In this document: positions 56,770 through 64,000 of the stretch, in pieces | How the letters are laid out: each line of letters opens with the position of its first letter | How positions within the stretch are numbered: position 1 is the first letter of the stretch | NCBI GenBank assembly: GCA_050124835.1 | Contig: JASFEM010000001.1 | Coordinates: 15,280-79,279, forward strand | Direction of reading: 5' to 3' | Source: Syntrophobacterales bacterium | GTDB taxonomy: Bacteria > Desulfobacterota > Syntrophobacteria > BM002 | DNA length: 64,000 nucleotides | The notes under the pieces: generated by a model | Told to the model about the DNA's origin: nothing | Database searches by the model: none | Seen by the model: the letters and a program-made list of their open reading frames with translations, nothing else | Translations under genes and position numbers: made by a program

Positions 56770-57402
56770 CTACTTACTGGTCTTCTTGCGCGCCAAGACC
56801 GCCATCCAAGTAAAACTCCCTGACGGGGGTACGGCGTAGAAAGTCAGATCTTCACTCAACCAACGTTCCGCAACAAGGCCTAGCCGGCGCATCTCAGGTT
56901 CCAAAAGAGGTCTATCCACATCCTGAAATCCAGAAAGGATCAGCGAAGCGTTAGCGCCGCTCAACCGAACCAGTTCAGTGAGCTTTTCCTTCAGCACAAC
57001 CAAAGGCAAATTGGCCACTAGCAACTCGAAAGGACCAGCCACGGCCTCTGCTGAGCCTCTCACGAGCAAAAGACGTCCGGCAAGGTGGTTGAGTTCGGCA
57101 TTGGCGCGACTGGTGCTGATGGCCTGGGGGCAGAGGTCCAGGCCCACGGCACACTCCACACCCAATTTCAATCCAGCCAGCGAAAGAATGCCGCTGCCGC
57201 AACCCACGTCTACCAGATTCCGACACTGGTTTTCTCTAAGGTCTTGGAGCATGAGACGCAGGCACATTTTTGTGGTGGGATGGCTGGGCGGAAAGACACT
57301 GCCCGGCCGGAGATGAATCCAGACAGGCGATCTGGAAAGTAGTCTGCGCCACCAGGGAGCACCAACTGCCAGGAAGTCATCAATACGATAGAAAAAAAGC
57401 AC
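56770..57402 (-). CDS. Class I SAM-dependent methyltransferase, PrmA-like catalytic domain, lacking the N-terminal L11-binding domain.
   Basis: Motif I VDVGCGSGILSLAGLKLG and DPQAISTSRANAELN, which resembles PrmA. Confidence 0.7.
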   Translation of the reverse strand: MLFFYRIDDFLAVGAPWWRRLLSRSPVWIHLRPGSVFPPSHPTTKMCLRLMLQDLRENQCRNLVDVGCGSGILSLAGLKLGVECAVGLDLCPQAISTSRANAELNHLAGRLLLVRGSAEAVAGPFELLVANLPLVVLKEKLTELVRLSGANASLILSGFQDVDRPLLEPEMRRLGLVAERWLSEDLTFYAVPPSGSFTWMAVLARKKTSK

Positions 57403-57404
57403 GG

Positions 57405-57434
57405 CTATCTCCTTTCGCGAAGCGAAGGAGATAG
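57405..57434. repeat. Perfect 30-bp palindrome (CTATCTCCTTTCGC-GA-AGCGAAGGAGATAG).
   Basis: Read directly from the sequence, immediately upstream of the PrmA-like gene start. Confidence 0.6.
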
Positions 57435-57630
57435 TAGGCAGCTAGCAGGGGGCAGCAGGCAGCTTTTGAATTGCTTGAGTTGTGAAATATTAATGAGCTT
57501 AAATTTACTGTACTTTTTAGCAATCTTCTGGCTCAAACCAGTTTTACCTTTTGCCGGCACTTTGGCCCACTACAATCTATTATACAGGAGCAATCGCTGC
57601 CAGCTGCGAGCTGCTGACTGCCTGCTGGAA

Positions 57631-58716
57631 TTACCCGTGCTTCCTTTCGAACTCCGCCATGAAGGAAACGAGAGCCTGAACAGCCTCCAGGGATGAGGCA
57701 TTGTAGATAGATGCCCTACAGCCGCCCACGGAGCGATGGCCTTTTAACCCGCCAAGACCATTTGCCAGAGCTTCAGCAATGAAGGTCTCCTCCAGGGACT
57801 CATCCGTCAACCTGAAAGTGATGTTCATGATTGACCGATCTTCCTTCTCCGCAGTGCCACGATAGAAATAGCTTTCGTCCAGATAGTTATAAAGTAACTC
57901 GGCCTTTTTCCGATTGATCTCCTCCATATTGGCAATACCGCCAATGGTTTCCTCAAGCCATTTCATTACCAACTGCAATACGTAAATGGCGAAGCACGGG
58001 GGCGTGTTGAACATGGAGTTCTTGGCAGCGTAAGTCGTGTACTTCAACATGGTGGGAAGATTATCTGGTACCCGTTCCAGCATATCCTGCCGAATGATCG
58101 CTACGGTGACGCCTGACGGTCCTAAGTTCTTTTGGGCCCCCGCGTAAATGAGTCCGAAGGGGGCAACATCAAAGGTCCGCCCCATAATGTCAGAAGACAT
58201 GTCACTGACTAAAGGTACGCCACCAGTATCAGGAAAGCTTTGCCATTGGGTCCCTCTGATGGTGTTGTTGGAGGTGATATGCACATAGGCTGCGTCTGCA
58301 TCAAAAGCAATATCTTTTGGTATATAGTTGAAATCACGGTCTTCCGAAGAGGCCACCACTCGCACCTTTTTATTGATAATCTGTGCTTCTTTGATGGCCT
58401 TGACGGACCATGAACCAGTGTTTACGTAGTCGGCGACCTGGTCGTCAGCCAGGAAATTCAGGGGCACCATGGTGAATTGTAGGCTCGCCCCTCCGTGCAA
58501 GAACAACACCTTGTAATTTTCCCCCAGGTTAAGAAGACGTTTAACCCTCACCACGGCGTCGTTGATCACCTCATCGAACCAACTGGAGCGGTGGCTCACC
58601 TCGGTGATGGACATGCCGCATCCTTTATAATCCAAAAACTCCGCCTGGATTTCTTCAAGAACCGACAGTGGTAGCGCGGCTGGGCCGGCATTAAAGTTAA
58701 AAATCCGCTTGGCCAT
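57631..58716 (-). CDS. serC: Phosphoserine aminotransferase.
   Basis: 361 aa with a SerC N-terminus (FNFNAGPAALP) and a PLP-Lys region. Confidence 0.92.
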   Translation of the reverse strand: MAKRIFNFNAGPAALPLSVLEEIQAEFLDYKGCGMSITEVSHRSSWFDEVINDAVVRVKRLLNLGENYKVLFLHGGASLQFTMVPLNFLADDQVADYVNTGSWSVKAIKEAQIINKKVRVVASSEDRDFNYIPKDIAFDADAAYVHITSNNTIRGTQWQSFPDTGGVPLVSDMSSDIMGRTFDVAPFGLIYAGAQKNLGPSGVTVAIIRQDMLERVPDNLPTMLKYTTYAAKNSMFNTPPCFAIYVLQLVMKWLEETIGGIANMEEINRKKAELLYNYLDESYFYRGTAEKEDRSIMNITFRLTDESLEETFIAEALANGLGGLKGHRSVGGCRASIYNASSLEAVQALVSFMAEFERKHG

Positions 58717-59014
58717 TATCTTGCTCCTCCCTAGACGCGATGACTCCCTAGCTTGATCCCCTCAATTCATTGAACCACAAAGCCAATGGTGCAACTAAGC
58801 ACTAAACACTAGGCACCATTAATTCCACATTGCTAAGATCTCAATTCTCAAGTACCATTTGGCTTTGTTCGCTATATGTTGATATCCATTTAATCATCCT
58901 GTCAGAATGCAAAATGACATAATCTAAAATGCCAATAGTGACAAGAGAAATCACAATAGTTCCTACTGCCTAGTGCTTAGTGCCTACTGCGCACAGCGCA
59001 CGACGTTGTGCGCT

Positions 59015-59266
59015 TTAGTCTTTGAGGAAGTAGCGGTGGTACTCAGCTTCCTTCAGGTGTGTTTTTAGCAGACCAGTAAGACGGTCCACCAGTTCCTCAA
59101 TCTCCTCGTCACTGAGTCGACTAGTCAAAAGTTTCATGAGATCATCATCTGAAAATTTCTGCAAGAATACAATGAGGGAGCGCTCATCTTCCTCTCGAGA
59201 ATAGCCGAAAGCCATCATTCCATCATACGTTTCCACAAATTCATGCCGATGTCGGCGCATACGCAC
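59015..59266 (-). CDS. Hypothetical small acidic protein (83 aa).
   Basis: ORF only. Confidence 0.4.
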   Translation of the reverse strand: MRMRRHRHEFVETYDGMMAFGYSREEDERSLIVFLQKFSDDDLMKLLTSRLSDEEIEELVDRLTGLLKTHLKEAEYHRYFLKD

Positions 59267-59412
59267 CTCTCAACTTAGGAATTGCGAATTCAGGAATTAT
59301 GAGATTAATAGATATAGGGCTTTGGAGCCTCGGGAGTTAAGAGGATGGGCGTTTTAAAGTTAAAGTCGGAATTCCTTAAATCTCAATTCGTAATACCTAG
59401 ATTCACTAATTC

Positions 59413-59928
59413 CTAAGTCTCTGAATTATCTATCCAGTTAGCCAACTCCCGCAAGTTCTGACGGATGAGACGTCGCAGTTGGCTTTCAACCGTCCGTCGT
59501 TTCAGCCCGTTATCCAGCTCCGCCTCAAGATAGTAACTCACCCGACTTCCCGCTCCGGCCAAGCTCGGATCTACCCGCCAATGGCCGCAGAAAGAGGCAA
59601 ATGACCCGAGACGTTGATTGAAGTAGAGGAAAGGTCTTTCCTCTACAACATCCATGATTACCTTGAGAGAGAAGGACATTAAAGGAACACGAACTTTTGC
59701 AGTCTGTTCCACCAACCGATAGCTTCCCTCTCGCTTCAAAATCTTGCTGTGTTCTATAGCGCTCAAGTAGGTAGGCATCTTCTCAAAGGAGGTTAGAACA
59801 CGCCAGACGCGTTCTTCGGATGCCCCCACCTTAATCTCTTCCAAGACACCCTTTCCCTGCCTACAGAAACTAATCTGACCATGTGTATTCGGATTCAACT
59901 GTTTACCTCGTTGCTGTACCACTCCCAC
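59413..59928 (-). CDS. SRPBCC (START/Bet v1/polyketide-cyclase-like) family protein.
   Basis: Size and beta-strand/helix pattern typical of cyclase/dehydrase-fold proteins. Weak. Confidence 0.5.
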   Translation of the reverse strand: MGVVQQRGKQLNPNTHGQISFCRQGKGVLEEIKVGASEERVWRVLTSFEKMPTYLSAIEHSKILKREGSYRLVEQTAKVRVPLMSFSLKVIMDVVEERPFLYFNQRLGSFASFCGHWRVDPSLAGAGSRVSYYLEAELDNGLKRRTVESQLRRLIRQNLRELANWIDNSET

Positions 59929-60149
59929 CAGTTACTATTTACCATTCAATTGAACCATAATTGAGTTTTAACTCAATCAGGGTCCAACAGCAATGTTCCA
60001 TTTGCAGACTCGAAGCGAGAGGTGTCAAAATCCCTCATCTACCCAACGATTGAAGCTAACCCTCTCTTGCCAGCAGTGAAATCAAAACCCCACTTTGGCC
60101 GCCTGTGGCAAAGCGGGGTTGCGCTACCTACCGGTCTCACCCGATCTCT

Positions 60150-60353
60150 TTAAAGATGGCACTCCTGAGCGAACTCCGGACACGCAGACTTTACCTGCTC
60201 AGTGTGCACCAGACTACACTCAGGACAGGTGAACTCGATGTTCTCCCTATCGATGGTTTTGGACTCAATCTCCTCCGCAGTGAGATGGTAAATTGAGCCG
60301 CAAGCACATTGAGGGCAAGTTCCCTTGACCTGGTAGCGCTTCTTCTCGGCCAT
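60150..60353 (-). CDS. Small zinc-ribbon protein (two CxxC pairs).
   Basis: CPQCACGS...CPECS motifs. The start was chosen at MAEKKRYQ. Confidence 0.45.
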   Translation of the reverse strand: MAEKKRYQVKGTCPQCACGSIYHLTAEEIESKTIDRENIEFTCPECSLVHTEQVKSACPEFAQECHL

Positions 60354-60643
60354 GAACAAATCCTTTTGCTGTTTGGCTATCTGCTTGGTTTGTTTTGGCG
60401 CTAACAATGCCTAAGCCCAGAGGGTTTGTCAAGGGCAATTGTCTATATTTGTCTTCGGACAGCTATGCACTGAGATTTTAACTGGTCACGTTACCTTCAA
60501 AGTAGAGCAATCGCTCAAAAAAATTAGTAAAAACTTGATATATCGATTTTTTTTGGTATTTACAGGTTATATGGAACTTTACAGCTAAATAAACTGAATT
60601 TTCGCGCTTGAATTTTTTTCACTAATCGGTAAAGTTCTCGATG

Positions 60644-60670
60644 TTAGCACTCATCATTCTTGAGTGCTAA
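60644..60670 (+). promoter_or_regulatory. CIRCE operator (HrcA-binding inverted repeat) upstream of groES.
   Basis: TTAGCACTC-N9-GAGTGCTAA matches the consensus exactly. Confidence 0.92.
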
Positions 60671-60761
60671 TAATTTTAGAAGAAAGGCCCGAACCCCATT
60701 GAATCAAAACTGATGCTGCACTCTAAGAGGGTGCCTAATTTTAAAAAAGGAGAGTGATGCT

Positions 60762-61049
60762 ATGAAGCTCAGACCACTGCACGATCGGGTTATCGTCAAA
60801 CGGATTGAGGAAGAGGAAAAGACCTCGGGAGGTATCATTATTCCCGATACAGCCAAGGAGAAGCCCCAGCAAGGCAAGGTCATTGCCATCGGCAAAGGAA
60901 AGATCCTTGAAAATGGGAAGGTTAGTCCGCTGACCGTAAAAAAGGGGGATCGAATCCTTTTCGGAAAATATGCGGGTACCGACATCAAGATTGATGGAGA
61001 AGAACATCTTATCATGCGTGAGGACGATATTCTTGCTGTGATTAAATAG
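60762..61049 (+). CDS. groES: Co-chaperonin GroES.
   Basis: 95-aa Hsp10 with a mobile-loop motif. Confidence 0.95.
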   Translation: MKLRPLHDRVIVKRIEEEEKTSGGIIIPDTAKEKPQQGKVIAIGKGKILENGKVSPLTVKKGDRILFGKYAGTDIKIDGEEHLIMREDDILAVIK

Positions 61050-62741
<1,692 letters not shown>

Positions 62742-62780
62742 ACTGCCGATATCGCTGAAGCAAATAGTATGAATATATAA

Positions 62781-62810
62781 ACCCACGCCCTTTGGGGTGT
62801 GGGTTTTTTT
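62781..62810 (+). terminator. Rho-independent terminator of groESL.
   Basis: ACCCACGCC-ctttgg-GGTGTGGGT followed by TTTTTTTG. Confidence 0.85.
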
Positions 62811-62891
62811 GTGAGTTCGACAACTATAGTAGAATTCCTCAATCTTCCATTTCCAAATCTGCAATCTAAAATCTACAATCTGAAATATCTT

Positions 62892-63803
62892 TTATTCATA
62901 TTCAATGACTTCAATTTGAGAAAAGTCACGAGTCTTTTCTGGATAGGGGCTGAATTGTTCTCTGATTGCATTTTGGCGAAACTGGAAGTAAGCGCTTCTT
63001 AAAGCAACGTATGGATCGAGAGCCATCTCCTTGAGCTTTTCATATTCTCCCAGTGTTAAGGAAGTCTTGTTGATCTGCTCGCCAGCCTTTACGCCAATGG
63101 CGGCAGGAAGTCCAATGGATATGAAGCTCAGGGGATCGAGGAAGGCATCCCCCAGACGACCCAGCCCATCGCGAAAACTGGATGGCCCCAAGAAAGGCAA
63201 AGTAAGGTAGACTCCGTTTCCGAATCCCCAGACTCCCAAGGTCTGGCCAAGATCCTCATCCTGTTTTGGAAGGTTCAGTCCTTTTGTAGCCACATCAAAA
63301 AAACCGCCAATGCCGAAAATCGAGTTCATGGTAAAACGGGAAAACTCGATGTAGGCGCCGGTCAATTGGCCCTGAAGCAGGCAATTGACAAACCTGACAG
63401 GGAAGGCCAAGTTGGAGAAAATGTTGCGTATGCCAATCCGCAACTCCTCAGGAAGCACTGCCCCGTAACCTCTAGCCACTGGCTTGAGTATCCAGAAGTA
63501 GAGCTTGTCATTGAAATGGAAAAAAGCCCTATTCATGGGCTCCAAAGGGTCAGGAATGCTCTCCTGAGGCTTTTCCAATTCCTCAGCTTCAAAGACATCG
63601 GCAAAAGGATCTTCAAAATCCTCCTCATCCTCCTCGTAGTCCAGTGACTCTTCTTCCTGGGGTGGAGAGGTATCATCGTCCGCTAAGGTGAAGGGAATAT
63701 TTTTTTCGAAAGGAGGGGGTGATTGCAGTTGTCTGGAGGCACAACCGGATAAAGAAGCAAAGCAAAAGATAGCAAGGAAAAGGAGCCAGGACCTCATTTT
63801 CAT
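62892..63803 (-). CDS. mlaA: MlaA/VacJ family outer-membrane lipoprotein.
   Basis: Lipobox LSGC plus conserved MlaA motifs (NRAFFHFNDKLY, DPLSF). Acidic linker near the N-terminus. Confidence 0.85.
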   Translation of the reverse strand: MKMRSWLLFLAIFCFASLSGCASRQLQSPPPFEKNIPFTLADDDTSPPQEEESLDYEEDEEDFEDPFADVFEAEELEKPQESIPDPLEPMNRAFFHFNDKLYFWILKPVARGYGAVLPEELRIGIRNIFSNLAFPVRFVNCLLQGQLTGAYIEFSRFTMNSIFGIGGFFDVATKGLNLPKQDEDLGQTLGVWGFGNGVYLTLPFLGPSSFRDGLGRLGDAFLDPLSFISIGLPAAIGVKAGEQINKTSLTLGEYEKLKEMALDPYVALRSAYFQFRQNAIREQFSPYPEKTRDFSQIEVIEYE

Positions 63804-63902
63804 AGGAGTTGGCCCTCTGCCACAAGGTCTAAGCGGTGTAGGTTAGCTTCTGAATTCCAGATTCTATGTTGGCTTCCTCGGAGCGGTTATCGATCCGAGG
63901 CT

Positions 63903-64000
63903 TTATTCGTTTGCGACCTTCTTTCTCAACTGTTCAACTAAGTCTTCGTATGAAGACTTGAGGATAATGTCGTTGAATTGTTGCCGATAATTGTTAATCA
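63903..64000 (-). CDS. 3' end of a minus-strand ORF entering from beyond the window (...INNYRQQFNDIILKSSYEDLVEQLRKKVANE*). Function unknown.
   Basis: Open frame up to the window edge, with the stop at 63903-63905. Confidence 0.3.
   Translation of the reverse strand, partial: INNYRQQFNDIILKSSYEDLVEQLRKKVANE

Overview
This 64-kb window looks like a chromosomal segment from a Desulfobacterota/Deltaproteobacteria-like anaerobe (about 52% GC). That guess rests on the sigma-54/NtrC regulation, an FdhAB-like molybdoenzyme, a liv operon carrying PaaK-like ligases, and a GroEL GGM tail. I could call about 65 protein genes, one tRNA, a CIRCE operator, a sigma-54 promoter and several intrinsic terminators.

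Recognisable blocks, in order:
- PP-loop ATPase fragment, nth, a MOSC protein, and a small Cys-rich ORF followed by a B12-binding radical-SAM enzyme with an atypical cluster motif.
- livHMGF, two PaaK-like ligases and livK, with a repeat insertion inside the operon.
- On the minus strand, a cytoplasmic FdhAB-like molybdopterin oxidoreductase complex: catalytic subunit, 4Fe-4S subunit and a GltD-like NAD(P)H subunit.
- A DUF362/ferredoxin gene, then a membrane protein translationally coupled to a PAS histidine kinase, then an NtrC-type activator.
- lpd, lipB, gcvH, then an OmpR-type two-component pair.
- msrAB, followed by a secreted HMA-like ORF with an in-frame TGA.
- A sigma-54 promoter driving an atypical receiver and an accessory-looking TauE/SafE-rich membrane block.
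- A four-gene minus-strand operon: MBL hydrolase, CheY-like receiver, PpsA-like ATP-grasp/phospho-His dikinase with a non-canonical C-terminal domain, and a dual-specificity-phosphatase-YkgJ fusion. This is my top candidate for an undescribed phosphotransfer system.
- dut, an M16 peptidase, then the conserved pnp-rpsO-truB-nrnA-rbfA-DUF503-infB-ylxR-nusA-rimP-tRNA-Gly(CCC) block.
- A MetE-like gene, proA, a PilZ protein, a PrmA-like methyltransferase and serC.
- groESL with CIRCE, and mlaA.

One genome-wide signal stands out. Almost every intergenic spacer is built from degenerate heptanucleotide tandem repeats, arranged as inverted-repeat arms around short cores. Several near-identical copies show these are dispersed MITE/REP-like element families.
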